Positions 1 to 15,900 of a DNA stretch of 64,000 bases are shown in pieces. A model generated the notes under the pieces. It was given only the letters and a program-made list of their open reading frames with translations, was not told where the DNA came from and searched no databases. Each line of letters starts with the position of its first letter. Within the stretch, counting starts at the first letter, position 1. A program made the translations under genes and the position numbers. Source of the stretch: Chrysomallon squamiferum (lineage: Eukaryota; Animalia; Mollusca); assembly GCA_012295275.1 (NCBI GenBank), contig CM022679.1:20088001-20152000 (forward strand), read 5' to 3'.

Positions 1-3000
1 GAAACCAGTGCAGCAGTCCTAACACTTTAGATAGCCACATCTGCTGAATGTACTTCACATGTCCAGGCAATAAGATAAATATTTTGTCTACATCTAAAAA
101 CTACAGGATGCATAATATTCATTATTAAGTTATAAATACATGGCTTTCCTATATGGCCACATAGGGTTAGAAAAACAAAAGAATTACTGGTATCCTTAAA
201 TAAATTGTGAATAATTACTTTTTATTATTATTATGATTATTAAATTTTTTTTTTTTTTTTTTTTTTTTTTAGTTATAAGTAACTTCCAGTCATTCTAAGG
301 ATATGTTAATTAGAAAACCAAAATAAAGCTTCTGACTACAGAATTAGAATACTGGTGAAAAAAAAAGAAAAAATATCTAGTTCAAAATCATTTCTTACAC
401 CTGAATCATGTGACTTGCTCTCAGCAGATGGACCACAAAAATGGCTGCCACACCATAAAAAAAGCAAAGCAAAGATTATATAACAAACGAACACAAAAAC
501 CAACATATTTTACATAATTACATATTTTATCGAGTGGTGTTAACACACCAACACAATAATCAGCTTATGCTAAAATATTCTATTAGTAATTACTAACTAC
601 AATGTACAGACACTCATGTTGAGCTTGTATCAGATTTGTTTTTTTACTTAAACATCTCTATACCCATCCCTGCATGCAATTAAAAAAAAATAAAAAAAAA
701 TAAAATTATTATTTACTATCTCGATGAAAATTTGTTTTCCTTATTAATTTAATCCTGTAAAATGTTTCTAAATAAAATACTATTAATACTGTATTCTTCT
801 TTTGATAGAAGGAAAAAAAATATTTCGTTTAAGTTAACTGAAACATTTTCTTCACAGATCAAAACAGATGTATAACAATTTTTAATTGGCAGACATTTTT
901 TATCCTGTTAAACATGTCTTAACAACGCAAGCATAATTCAATAAACATATAAAATATATGATATAAGCCCCTGAGATGTATCCATCAGTTGAAATTTTGA
1001 AGTGGACACCATAGTTTTACGAAGTTAAAAGGAATTACCCTTGTTTTGTCAACCTAAATTCTTTTATATGTTACATTAAAACTTTCATTATTATTATTAA
1101 TAAAATTGCCACATTTCAAAGTTAATAAAGAACCAAATAATTTTTTTCTTTCTATTTATTTCTTTTCAACAGCATTCCAATTTTATTATGGTGGCTAATG
1201 TAAATCCAGAAAATTCATGCAAATGAATATAAACTCTAAGTACTATAATGAATTGCAGTAAATATAATAAAACTGTTAACAGTTAAAAAACACATTATTT
1301 CCTAGATATCTTACAAGTTTTTGTAATGAAAGGACATTTGAAATGAATTTAAGAAAGAGAAATGAACTCAAAACAAATACAAACAACCACCCCCAAGCAA
1401 CAAATGAAGGTCATTATAAGTGATATCTTTTTCTAATTTTTTAATAATCAGTCTATAACTATTTCAGTTTTTCAATACCTTGCAATATTTTGCAATGAAA
1501 ACATGTTAACCAGAACAAATATTACTTGAACATTAACAATCAATATTTCTACACTAGTATTAAATGGAAATAAAACACAGAAAAACAAGAAAAACATTCT
1601 AATACTCATTCCATACTTAAAGATTTTTAAAAATCTGAAACCACCCATAATAAAATCTTTATTTTTACTTCAACTCTCTGCAAGTGTTGTTTCTCAGGCA
1701 ATAACTGGTTACAGACATCAGATTTTATTATTATTATTATTTTAAAATCTAACGTATGAAAATGTAACATTTTAAGTCTTAACCTTGTTTTGTCAATTAC
1801 ATCTTCTGTAATTCTAGAATGAATAGTGGGTCAAAAATTCTGGCAGTAATAATCTGATGCTATGCAAATCCATGACAACTTGACATTTACTAACAGGCAC
1901 TAAGAACTTAATTTTTTATTAACAGTGTATACAGTAAAATGTAATTCACAAATATTCTTTGAGAGAGAACAAGTTAGACTATGCATAATATTTCATCATT
2001 CCTGTCATTGAGTAAAATTTATAAGGTATATTTAATGGGTTAAAAGGCACTTTACTGTAAAATAATCTTTAATAGGAATATTCATCTAAATTGGTCAAGA
2101 AGACTCTTATTATCTGACAAAACCCCCCTCAAAAATGTTTTTAAAAATCAAAAAATTCCTTAACAAATCTACCTACAGATAATGTAATAACAACAATTTA
2201 ACAGATATAAGAAAAAATTTAAATGTTAGTCAGGCTTAATTTACTGGAAGATAATTTATATATATAAAAAAAGAAATGTATTTTCCCCAAAACATTTGGT
2301 GTTTTAAGATGACAATAGAGTACATTAATTTATAAACATCTGTTAGTAAATATCTGCCAGCACCACATTTTAATTATTCACTGGGTATTAATTTGTAAGT
2401 CTCTTTTTCTAAGTGTGCAGCTGATGAACAAAATATCTCTGCAACAAAGTAAGCAAGAAAAAATTCTTATGATTGGATAAACATCGACAATGATCTTGAA
2501 TTGACTTCTACAAAGTAGAAATTCTTCAAACCTGCATAATATAGAATACAGTAGGTGTTGAAAAATTCTTGCCCTTGCTATATGAGAAGTGTATTTAAAT
2601 GAGTTAAGTACTTCTTGCAAGCAAATATTTTACTTGTGACCTGCAACCCATAAGTGAAAGAAACAAATCATGTCTTGAAAGTCAGAAATGCATCTTCTAC
2701 ATTCTCGTTGATATATTCATACCGTATTTAATTTTTTTGTAAAATTGGAAGATATTTTCTAATTTGAACTTATCTGAATTTGACTGTGAAAGGCCAAAAC
2801 TGCATTTGTATACATTTTGTGAAATAATTTATGGAAATGTGTGGAAGAAAGATGATCAACTGCTCTGCTGAAATCCACAATAATAAAATCTGCAAAACAT
2901 ATCTGACCTATAAACTTTTAGAATCAATCACTATTTATTGTGTTCATTTCAAATGCTTCTGTATAAAACAGTATTAAATCATAAGAAGTTTCTTTATGTG

Positions 3001-3959
3001 TATACCTCTATAAAAAAATAAAAATAATAATAATAATAATAAATAAATAAATAAATAAATAAATAAAAATACATAGATAAAATAAAATAAAATAAATAAA
3101 AATAAAATAAAATACAAATAAAATACTAATATGTTTCTGGTATCTTAAATTAAATGGTACAAAAAACACAAAATTACACTAATTTAATGGACACACCAAG
3201 AAATGAACACTACCCTCAAATTACACCTAATATTTTAAACATATTTAAGTAACAAAACAAAACTGAACAGTTAGAATATGCAGTGAATCATTTCTGATTA
3301 AAAAAAGAAAGAAAACAGAAAAATCAAGAAATCAAAATTAAGCAATTTTTGTCAAGGGAACAAAAGTTATAATAATTATCATGAATTAACAACTTTAAAA
3401 ATTAATTCTAATGACAAAATTAGTAAGAACATGCTCTAGTACTCTCATGATTGTTTTGCTTCTTTAGAATTTTACATTTTAAATTTAAAATTAATTCATT
3501 ATTATATGAATATATTATTTCAAATATGGACATTTGTTTTCTGTTGTGTAATTTTTGAATATATATAATGTATAATAATTCTTTTTTTTAAAGATAAAAA
3601 ATAAAACACGTAAAACAATGCTTTACAATGAAACAACAGCAAAATGGGAAAAAGAAAAATAAACCTTTGTTTCTTTTCATATTGCTATTAACAGTTATAA
3701 ATTGTTTAAAAATTTTCAGTGGAAAGCAGTCTAAAGAAAAAGTAATAACCTCAAAAATAATTTCTCTTTTACAAATCATGGATGATCATTAGAAAAAAAT
3801 CATTAACATATTTACTTTTTGTACTGTACTCTGGCCATGCTTTAAGATCTGTAGGCTTATGTCAGTTAATCCTGTGACAAACATGTATATATATATTTAT
3901 ATATGATTATAAGATAGGACCAACCTACATGTTTTAATAAATGCTCTGGTCCCAATACT

Positions 3960-6900
3960 TTACTGAAACTGATGAGAAGTTGGTTCTATATTTAAGCTTT
4001 TAAGAATACCAAATGGATCCATGTCAATATCAACCCCAGGTGTCACAAATCCTGATGGTGTTCTTGGTGTATGCTGCTCGATATCATTTATCTGTTCAGT
4101 GCTGCCCTTGCTGGATGTAGCATCAGGCAGTGAGTGCTTTCTCAACACTCCAGCATATGACAACTTTTCCCTGTTCCTGTCTGATGATGGAGAGGCTGAG
4201 GAGCACCTGCCAATCTGTTTTGTGTTAGCTGGACCATTGATTTTCAGTTCAGTTCTTGTCTCATGGTGCACTGAGCAATCAATATCTTCATTTTTCTCTT
4301 CTATGCTTTCTTCAATCATTCGCACAATATCAACTATTTCAGTGGGGGTTGGTAAATCATCACTGAACTGCCGGCTAAACCCAGTATTTAACTTCAGCTT
4401 ACCCTGGCAAAGTCTTTGCTTCCTGCTTAAACTGTCCCTCAGCACATCCTCAGCATTTTCCATTTGACTAATATTTGCAGCATGTCTGGACAACTTCTCT
4501 GTGGCATAATTTGCTGGACTGTATGGCCGTTCTGAAACTGGAGTCCCTCGTCTTTCTATTGGAGTTGATATCCTTTCTACAGGAGTTCCCATTCTTTCAA
4601 TAGCTGTTCCTCTTTGCTCAAATATTTCATCTTTTTCAGGATCTCTGTGTGATACAGAAGGTGGACTTATAGCTGGAGAAGAGGAATATGATGATCCTCG
4701 ATCAGAATCTGGAGACCCTTTCTGGAATAAGTGAGGTGGGACATGCACCACCCCTGGCATCAGTCGAATTTGTTGTCCTGCCACTGATGGCCTGACTCTT
4801 TCTGAAGGAATTTCTGGAGAGTGACTTGAATGATGGCGTGACCCAGGTGGATGATGATGTTCTTGTCCTACAGGAATATGAGGAGGGTATGGGTACATTG
4901 GTGGGTGATATGGAAGTCGTGGTCCATGAGGCATATAAGGATGGGGTTGCATGTTGTATCTTGAGTCCTCAGTCATATACATATATGGTGACATCATGGG
5001 ATAGTAAGGGGGATATGGCATAGGCATTCTTGGGGGAACACACATCATCATACGACCCTTGGCTTGTTTATACATGGCTCTAACAGGCATAGCTCCTATG
5101 TTTGAAATATGAGATGTATCAATAAATTTTGAAGCCTCAGGTACAGGTGTTACTCCATTGACTCTCAGCTTTGTTCCGACAGATGGTACAGGATGAGCAG
5201 GTTTTGGTGATGCTGTTCTGCTGCTGACTGGACTGCTCTGTCTTCTGGGAACTACTGGTCTGTACATCATTGGACCATAATATCCATGTCCCTGATAGAA
5301 AGGTAAAGGGTAGTAAGGTACAAATGGTTGTGGGCACATCTGCAAGAAACAAATGAAACTTTGAAAACAGATTAAAATAATAATGATGTAATCTAACTGA
5401 ATTCATCATTGTTTAGATTTTTATATAATTTAAAAGTAATCGCAGAATATCCTCCTCTTTAGGTTTTCTGCCTAATTCTTGTTGGTTTTTAGTATCAAAT
5501 AAATTATCCACATTAATGCTGAGTTTAAATCTTCTATTTTAACTTTTCTGTAGTTGAAGCAGTTTTGGCATCTTTTAAAACACTTTAATTTCAAAGTATT
5601 AAATGAATTTTCCACTTTTACATAGGAATCTTACTCTTACTATTGTGACAATCTTTTTATTTCTGTGAAATATTCAGAAATTTTGATACTTTACCCCATA
5701 TCACAAGTCTGCAGAATCTACTTTCTGTTTGTTAACTGTAGGATACTGTTATGATCTTTACTCTGACTTCAGATAATTCATACACTTGAACATTAATAAT
5801 GAATCACAGTCGAATCAATTGTATTGTAGAATCAATTGTATTGTAGAGGGATTTTTGTTATTTTAATAAAATATTCAGAATTTCTTTCACACTTTATTCT
5901 TTCTGTTCACTAACGGCAACATACCGGAGATACCAATGGTGGACCATAAGCAGCTGCTTGTTGATGTGGACTGTGATGCGGCCATGGTGATGAATGTGGA
6001 GGAGATTGCTGATTTTGCATAAGTTTCTCAGCTGCACTGATTGTGATGTGGAACAATCTATTTGGAACAAATTCTGGTGCCAGTGGATTGAGGACATAAG
6101 ACTTAGCCATCTCTGCACTCTCCAGCTGTGATCTAAGCTGGTTCCATGTGAGGCCATAAAAACTATTGTTCTGACTGCAGATTTCTAAGAAATACTCCCA
6201 CACTTTACTGAAACAAAATAAAATTTATAACAAATCAATAAAACAGCAGATTGATGTGTATAATGAGCTAAGTGATAGTGCTATTGTGATTTTCTTACAA
6301 ATATTTATTTAAGGAACAATCACTCATGCCTACATAATTTTTTTTTAATTTTTTTTTATATTTTGAGGTCAGACTTTATTAATTACAGTATTTTTTTTAT
6401 TTATTTATTTTTTTTATTTATTTTATTTTTTTCACAGCTGTTGCTTTATTAATCTGAAAATGATAATTTTCTATAGTAATGATTTAGTATGTGATCAGTG
6501 AACATTCATAAGAAAGATACAATAGGTCATACACTAAACACAGCTAAACAATTACACGGTTGAAATGCAATACTAGTTAACTATTTAAGTAAGCAACATC
6601 ATCGTGTTTCATACCGACACTTTCCAACAAGACACAAAGAAACTGGGTCTCCAACAACCATAACCAATGACTGAGCCCGTGTAATAGCTGTGTTCAGCAA
6701 CTTCACATTGGACAAAAACCCATAATCCATGATGTCCTCCACACTTGTATCTGACCGGCAGGTACGTCTGGTACGAACAGTGCTCAGCACAATAGCACGA
6801 TACTGTTTTCCTGCACAATATCAATTTTTATTTCTTTAACTACGTGTCTTTTAATTTAATTTGGACTCATTCAATCTCGTATAATAATAATATTAAAATA

Positions 6901-9900
6901 CTTTTAACTGTACCAATGTTATTATTTAAAAAAAAGAAGAAATAATGGATTAGTTTATGTTTTGTATATTGGAATTTTTGAAAAGTTTGATGACCTTCTA
7001 GATGCTGAAATTCAGTACAGATGAAAGGAATGAATTAATAATAATAACCCACCCTGAACATTGAGAACTCTTTCAACAGACACATTAAATAGTTTTTTCT
7101 TTCTCATCTCTGCTCGTATTCTCTGAACCTGAAACATATTTGAACAAAAATAACTAGAAATGTTATTTATTTTTACTAAAAAACAAAAACAACAAATACC
7201 CTTCTGAAAATTACACCCAACCCCATTACTGCTCATTATTTGGTCAGACTGTGGAAAATACTGTGGAGATTTGGTCACATTTTTAGTTTTTACTACATTT
7301 TTGCTTTTTAAAATTGAACACTATGCTATTTTCCAGAATATTTACTTGCTTCTGCAATATTTTTACATAGAGTATGTAAGCCTATCAACATATATATTAT
7401 TAATACCTGGTCTGTATATGGAGCAAGTACACCAATACTGTTGTCTTCTAATGGTCCCCAGTCATCAGGCCACTTCCTCTGAAGTTCTTCAACTCGTTCC
7501 ACGATCTCATAGACCTAGAAACACAAAAACAACATTAAAACATCAAAGATAAATTACATTAAACATTTCTGTATAGTAGGATAATCTTGTTTTTATTATG
7601 TATAAATCATTTTCTTAATAAAAAAACAACAAAGAAATCGAATTTAATATATAAAATCAAAGGCAATATCATTAACAATGAAGAAAAATCTGAAGTAATA
7701 TATAAATTCAAACATATTTTGAAAAAGAAGAAGGTTGAAGAAATAAAATCATTGCAAAGGGTCTGACCTCAGAATTGTTGTAGAAGCCTGTACTGTTCTG
7801 ATGCTGTATTTCTTCACCTTTGGCCATGTAGAATGTTAGAGGATAAATACTATTGTGAGCTGTCACATTCCCACTGGCAATCAGCTTGTTGTCATAGAAC
7901 AGTTCCGACGTAAATTCCACAATGGCTGAATGTGAGCGATAATTTTCACACAACATCACCTTGCATGGACAGTCCGGAGGATAATATTCATACAGACGTT
8001 CCAACAGGGTGGTGTGGAATCCTTGCTGTCTTGTGAAGTCTGAATACAGTTCAGGACTGAGCTATTGTTCAATATAGAAAATATTTTTTAATACAGAATA
8101 TATATATGTACAGATATAAATAAATAAAAATAAAAGTAATGATATTTAAAAAACCCACCCATACACATATAGATAATTAAGTAAATGAACAAATTAATAA
8201 ATTAATTTAAAAACATCTATAAATTATAAAATAAATGCCAAGATTCAAATACACAATAAATAAAATATTACTGATTTATAATGTAAGCTTTACTGGAAAA
8301 ATAAAAATTAATTATTAACAAGGAAAACATTAAATAAGAACTTTTTCCTAACAACCATCCCCTAACAAAAAAAACAAAACAAAAACAAAACAACAACTGC
8401 TGGCTAAAAAGTATTTTCCAAAATATATTGTCTTTTAAGATATAACTATAAAAATAAACTGTCAAAACCAAAATTAGATGAAATAATAATAATTAAATGG
8501 ATAACAATAATGTAAATAACAAAAAATATACCTGCATATGGTCACCTGCCAGAACAATGCGCGTTGATTTCCCTGCCATGGAGAGAGGAATCAACACTTC
8601 AATTTCCAGAGCCTGTGCTGCTTCATCAATAAAGATGTGAGTAAAGTAATCTGGAGGAGAATAAAAAAAAATAATAATAAAATAACATGAATAATAATAA
8701 TAACAGTAAACCTGGAATATTAATATTATACCTCCTCACTACAAAGGTGAGTACTGCCATCTATTACAAAGTAGACAATTCAACAATGATAAGAGTAGAC
8801 AATATCTTGATTTCATATTTGTTTGATGAAAGCACGATACAAATGCATCACAATTCTGTTATAATTGTCTCATTGCTAAAGAAAAGTCAGTTACAATTGC
8901 TATGGTTATCACTAAAATTACCCAGCGGTAAAGTGCCACAAGTAGTTAAATTTCAAATAATCTTCTTCCATTAAATTATTTTTGCATAATTTTCTGAATA
9001 ATTTGTTTTGTAATGAAAACAAATAAATAGATTAACTTAAAACTAAAAACAATACAAAATAAAGCTTATAAGATTTAACCTTCAGGTAGCCCCAAGTCAC
9101 TTATGTTGCGAGCTGTACTGAGTGTAGTTATTATAATCTTGTGTTTGTCGAGATCGTCCCGATTTGGATAACGAAAAGTTCCAGCACTTTCTCCTGTGTT
9201 CTGATACAAGGTGTATTCAATTACAACTTCAGGTACAGTTTGAACCCAACGATAGGCATAGTACACCCTCAGTGGTCGCATTTCCTCAAACCCATCTTTC
9301 ACTAATGGATGGAAGAAATCTCCTATATACAGATCAGCAGCACTGAAAAAAATATAAATATAAAATATAAAATAACAATCTGAAATTTTGGGAATTTTTA
9401 GTGCAGTTTCTTAAAGTGGTTTGTCATTGTATACATACTTGTTTTTGGAAAAAGAAAATTGATTTCAACTAAAAATCAGAAAATATCAAGTTATTAAATT
9501 TTGGAAACTTGATTATAGGAGTTGTGTGAATTATCTTACATTTAAAAAAGCTTTTAATAATGAAATTAACAAAGGAAGATGATGCTAAAAATACTTCATT
9601 TTGGTAACATCTGTACATTTTGCAACACATAACCCTTTTACTTAGCTAAATGAATGTTTTCTTTCTCTCCTTTTTAAGAAGAAAAAAAAATTATAATAAT
9701 AAAAATGTTTTCTCATTACAAAAAACATTTCAATAATACTCAATGTGGACAACAATATACATATTACTATTTTACCACTACAGTATACTGATTAACTGAC
9801 TAATCAACAGATTTAAAATCAGGGTAATAATGTGGACTTGTGTGTCAGTTAACAGTTGAGAATACCTGTTAGAGAGTGTACAGATAAGAATCTTGGCATC

Positions 9901-12900
9901 TTTATTCTGTTTTATAACCTGTCTAGCTGCCTGAGCCATTGTGTATGTTTTTCCTGTTCCAAATGGCCCAACTATCAACAAGGGAGGTAAGTGCAAATCA
10001 GATTTTGCAAGGACTCCTGCTATGGCTTCTTTCTGTTTGATATTGAGTTTGTTGTCCAAGTCTTCAAAATTATAACTGTACAAAATATATAAATGAACGA
10101 ATGAATAAAATAAGTATTTAACTATAAAAACAATTCATCACTAGATGATGAAACAATTCCTAATATAAAAAAATTATACATTCAGATTTATATTTAAATA
10201 TATAATTCAAACTATATTGCATTTACCAACTACTAAAATATTTCATAGAATTCTTTAAAATTTCCTGTTTTTAAATTTTTTAAATGAAGATATATGATAC
10301 TGAATAAGAGCTGTTTAAAAATTACTACTAATTTCAAACAGTGTTTTATAATTCTTTAATGCACACAGTTATATTAAAGAAATGTCTACAAAATCAAAAC
10401 AGATCAAAGTGAATTAAATTACATCATGATGGATTTCAAACACACAACAAGTTCTACTCACTCATCACTTGTGAATAAAATGGCAGGAATTTGACCAACA
10501 TTAGGAAAAACAATGTCAAGTGTAGAAAGTTTGTCCACTGCAGAATGCATCTCACACTTTGGGAGACGATTTAGCTGAAACTGGACCTGAAGATATTGAA
10601 ACAAGAGATATATTAATGAAATGATACACTCCATTACCCAAAGTCTTTACATAAGACAAATAAAACATGCTCAATGATTATAAAAGTTTGGATATAAGAT
10701 GAAATTCTTACATATCATAAATATCATATATATTTAAAATATACTGTTCCAGAGATTTAAAAAAACTGACCTTCAGAGAAAAATATAATTAACTTACCTG
10801 TGCTTTGAATTCTTGATCACATGTCAAGCCAAGATCTTTAACACATTGTGCAGAGACTCGTAGAAATATAAAATTCTTCCCTTTATCTTCAATGATCACC
10901 TCATAAGCCTGAAGTAAATGTTTTAAAAGTCCATGATTATATAACAAAATTCTTTGAATGCTAAGAACTTAACAAAAAGAGAAAAATAAAGATATTTCCT
11001 AAGCAGAATAATATCCAAAAAACCTAAAATTTTAAAGAAATATACTGATACAATCATTTAAATTACTACTAATAATTTGATGTATACCATTCCATCTATT
11101 ATCAATTCAAACTGCTTGTATATCAAATCAATTTTCCCAAACGAAATTAACTGAAATACCATGAACCCATTCCAGTCCCCCAAAAACCAGCCCAGTTTTC
11201 TGTAACATGTTTTTAAATAAGAAAAATGTATGTATACTAGGGACCGCATATTTGAAGCTCGTTCTTAACTCAAAGGAAAAAAGGGTCCGGGCGACTTCTC
11301 ATAACTCAGAAAACTAATAAGTTGGAGCACTCGGAACTCGAGGTACTACTGCATCAAGTAAAATTTGACCAATTAGTTACTGAAGATTGTTGATTTAAAA
11401 AAACAACATTAAATTAAAAATTAAAATTAAAAATCAACCAACATGTACATCAAATTACTCCTGTAACAAAAACAACAACAAACAACAACAAGACATTATG
11501 TTAATACAAACCTTATCAGGTTTAGTTTCTTTTTCTTCCATATTACTCTTGTCTGCAGCAATCCAAGCTGTTTGAGCATTCAAAAGGATTAATCGTCCTC
11601 CCATGGAATCCTGAGACAGATTATCCTCCAGTTTCATGTGTGCAAACAGCTGACCATCATGTGCAAACTTTGCAGTGGACATTGCTCCAGGCATAAGCAG
11701 AAACCGATTCACCAAATGCAGTGCTGTTCGAATGTTGTATCTAATGGACAAGTCAATGCTTTTAACATGTATTATTTTTGGCTTGCATAGTGAAACAATT
11801 ACAAATTTCCAAAGGATAATTAAAAGAATTAATTTCCATTAATAGTGTACATTTAAAAAATTAACTAAATATGACACACTGTACAAAATATTTTCAAGAA
11901 CCACTGTATATATTAGAATATGTTGTTGGTTCTGAATTCTCCAACACTCTCTACAAAACTAAAAAATTATATCCTTATATTTTTTACCAAATGTTAAATA
12001 TGTAAATATATTTTTGTCAACCTCTGAATAAATCCAATCTGAGCCATCTCCTCCAAGTACATCATTTCATGCATCCACTGTCTGTAATTGTCTTTACTAA
12101 GGGACTGCATGATTGTATCAGAAATCTTAAACTTGTCAGGATGTGGCAGTCTGTACTTCTCAAGCAACTCTTTTTCTGCATTGCTTACTGGAATGGTTCT
12201 GACAGACAAAATAAACAATGAAAATTGTGAATAATTTTCACGAGGTGGAATGTACACTAAAGAATAAAAGAATATAAATGAATTAACGATTTTCATCAAT
12301 ATAAAAATATATAATTTAAAATACAAAATAAAGGGTTGTGCAAAAAATAACTAACATAGGTAATATTTTGAACTTATTCTTTTAATTTACTACTTATTTT
12401 TTTGAAATATAAATTTATATAAATCTACAAACATAATTCTTTTTTCTTTTTCTTTTTAATACTAAATTTCCAAAATTAGCAGGGATTTCAAATTAAGCTC
12501 TAGAGTGGGGGCAATCTTAGATCATTAGTTGGATTCTTTACAGTGAAATCAGCTTAGTTTGCAGCTAACATGAATACTTAAATGTATCTCAACACCCCCA
12601 CATCAAATCATCAGATGAGAAGCCACTGAAAGAAGGAACATCATCAAGCAAAACATTTTTAGATAAAGTCAAACAAGAAGGAGGAACATTAGTGAGTGAA
12701 AAATAGTTGGACAATAAGCAACATAAACTAATGAAAAGAAGTCAGCCTAATTTGGATAAAAAAAATCAAAAAATCACTGAATGGGTTAATATCAAACTGA
12801 ACATCACTGAGCAAAAAGTCCATCAAAGTCAGGTGAGAAGTTAAACAAAATAACATTGTCAAACCCATAGGAGAAATCTAACAGTTAGTGTCAAATAGAA

Positions 12901-15900
12901 CACCAGCAAATGAAAAGGATTTGGATCAAAATAGTAACAATAGTGAGAATAACAACAATAATAATTAAGAAAATCCCTGTGATTATAAATTATTATAAAT
13001 TGTACTAATGACACTGAGAAAGTGAAAACATACTTTGGCTCAAAAGGGATAATTTCGACTTTGTCTTCACTCCACTGCTTAGATTCTGTAAGAACAAGGA
13101 ACTTGGAGAGATCTTCAGCATCCACAACTGGTGCTGATTCCACTTGCATTTCACGAGTCAAAACAGCCTCCATTCCAAAGTCAAATGCAATTGTTTGTCG
13201 AAAGGTCCCATAAAGGTCAGTCTTAAAAACAATCTGCAACGAAGGAAATAACACTGATTTTACTAGGTTAGAATATCACAATATTAATAAACATTATCAA
13301 ACATAAGAAGCATGTCATTTACAACATGTTAGTATTTCTTTCTTTTTTCTCACAATTCACTCTTGACATTAATGTTAAGTTGCTACACTGAAGAGATCTG
13401 AATTAATTAAAAGGAAATAATAGAAATTAAAAAAATAATAATAAATTAACAGTTACTGAGGGAAATGGTAGACCATTGTTTCACTTCATTTACATTTATT
13501 TCACTTTTCTACTTATTTATTATGATACAATTTAAAGTTTTTATAATCATACCTTAATTCTGTAAACATATTCTCCATGTCCCTTTGAATGTGTTTCTTG
13601 GTTTATCCATTCCTGGCACTGATTTTCCAAATTCTGATATTTCTGTGTCTTTTTTGGTCCCACCGAAATACTGGAGACATAGAAATAGCTACGGTTTGTA
13701 TCATCCAATAATGCAACACTATGAAGACAAATCTGAAAAATGAATTTGGTAAACGGAATTTTTCTTAAAGTTTCTAAGCAAATTAGATTGATATTATATT
13801 TGTATCTGCTTAATTATAGACTAAATACAAAACCATTATTTTCTAAGAAATTGTTTATGAACCTATAAAGTATTTTCTTATATATGGAAAATAATAGATA
13901 CTAATCAACCATGGTTTTTTTCAAATTCACAATTTTATAAAAATGCTTTTGTTTAATTATAAGCAATTTTCTTTCTTCAGATAAATGATAGATTTCTGTG
14001 AATAATAAGAAAACTCCCAAAATATTCTGTTTTATTACATTAATCAAAATTATCCATTGGTCTCTTGCGTCTAGCAAAAAGATCTGATGTTTGTTTAAAC
14101 TAACCTTTGAAGTAACAGTAAATGTCCAGGCGTTGGTACATTTCTTGTGGGTCATGTTCACTTTAAGGTCAGAGTTCACATGAAGTTTTACGAAATCCAA
14201 GTTTTGGACGAGCTGGAAAAGAAAAGAGAACGTTAGCAAAAACCTCAAGTAATAAATTTAAAATACAACCTATCTTGCAGCACCAACTGCTTCCATGAAC
14301 ACAGTATCAGTACATATGGAGAATTATTTTTTAATTTATTAATGTTCTTTCATCAACCTGCATTTTCTCTTAAGCAAATATATAAATATTTAAAAGTACA
14401 TTTACTATGGGTTTGTAGTATAATCAAGCAATCTGTTTTTGTAAATAAATAATAGCTGCAGATTTAAATAAGCAGACAAAATGGAAGAATCATCAAAAAC
14501 ACAACAGGTTTAACTGCGGTCAAAAAAACAAGATTAAAGATTCAAGTCCATTTTTTTTAAAATAATTTTTACAGCTACATTATGTAGATAACTGTTTTCC
14601 CCAGAGAAAAATGTTAGAAATGACTGCATCAACAAACTTTTTGAATTAAATTTGTTTTTTTCCAATCAACTTCTGTTTTATGTTGCACTTCAGCAAGACT
14701 TCAACATCTACTGATAAAATGATGAAGCTCCAAACAGTGCACATTGCTCTTTTTTGAAGGAGGTTAAGTGGCTTAAAAACTTTAGTTATTTTAAATATCA
14801 ATCATTAAAAAATATTGATATTGTAAATACAAATTAACAACCAATCACATTTATTTCTCTATCAAAATTATAACAAAAAAACAAAACCTTAAATAAAATA
14901 GTTTCTGAAATAAATCAAATATATATAGAAAAACATGCACACATGTATATATTACTGATAACTGACAACTATCTAAATAAAGTGCAATATCAAGATCAGC
15001 ACAATTCAGTAATTTTGTATTCACGAGTGCTTACCACAGCTTTAGGAGTTTCAGTGTTAGCCAATCGCTCTAGCAACTGTTCTGTGTAGGTGTTACCATG
15101 GAGCTGACTGTCTTTTGCTTTCTGTAGCTGCTGTTTGCGGAATTTGAATCTCTCACGCCATTCTGTAAGTTCTTCTTCAGAATGAGCTTGAGTACATTTT
15201 TCACCAAATGGACAATGTCCAGTTTCTGAATATCTGTGAAAAATATACTACACTGCAGAAAAACATAGGAAAGTAACATATCAGGAAATGTTTTAAATAT
15301 ACAAATATACAAGTGACAACACTGGTAACAATATAAAACAGATTTTACATTTAAAGGTAAGATTATTGCCTGGCCATCCTTCAGCTACAATACATCTTTT
15401 GTGAAATTTTTACTTTTCAATTTTAAAAAGAAACTTAACATCCTGAATTAACATTCCATTTTGTATCACTCTTTTGTTACATTACAACATTTAATCTGAT
15501 TTATTAAAAACAATAATACAAGAACAACAGTTTGTGAGAAAGTAATAATTGTAAGTAAATGTTTTCAACTAAAATATGACCAAGTAACCAGGATATTTGT
15601 ATACCTCTGACAGAGAATATATTCATCATTATTGAGGCCACGTGGTGGGGCACGAAATGTCCAGTCATGTCCTTCATCAGATGTCAGCTTTTTCCTGTGA
15701 AATTCAGTACGGCAATGGTTTTCTAGTTCCTTTTGCTTGTCAAATTTTAAGTCGCAGAATGAGCATTCAAAAACACTGTTTTCTGAAACAACCAAATATG
15801 TATAAGATGTTGTACACCAAGTCTGTAAATAATTATTTGCGACATTCTTTGGGCTTGCAAATCCACTATGTAAAGCACAGTCATGCACACATAAGGATGT

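Noticed and set aside
4021-4467. 148-aa plus-strand ORF
   Set aside because: It is the antisense shadow of the HELZ terminal exon, with no independent motifs.
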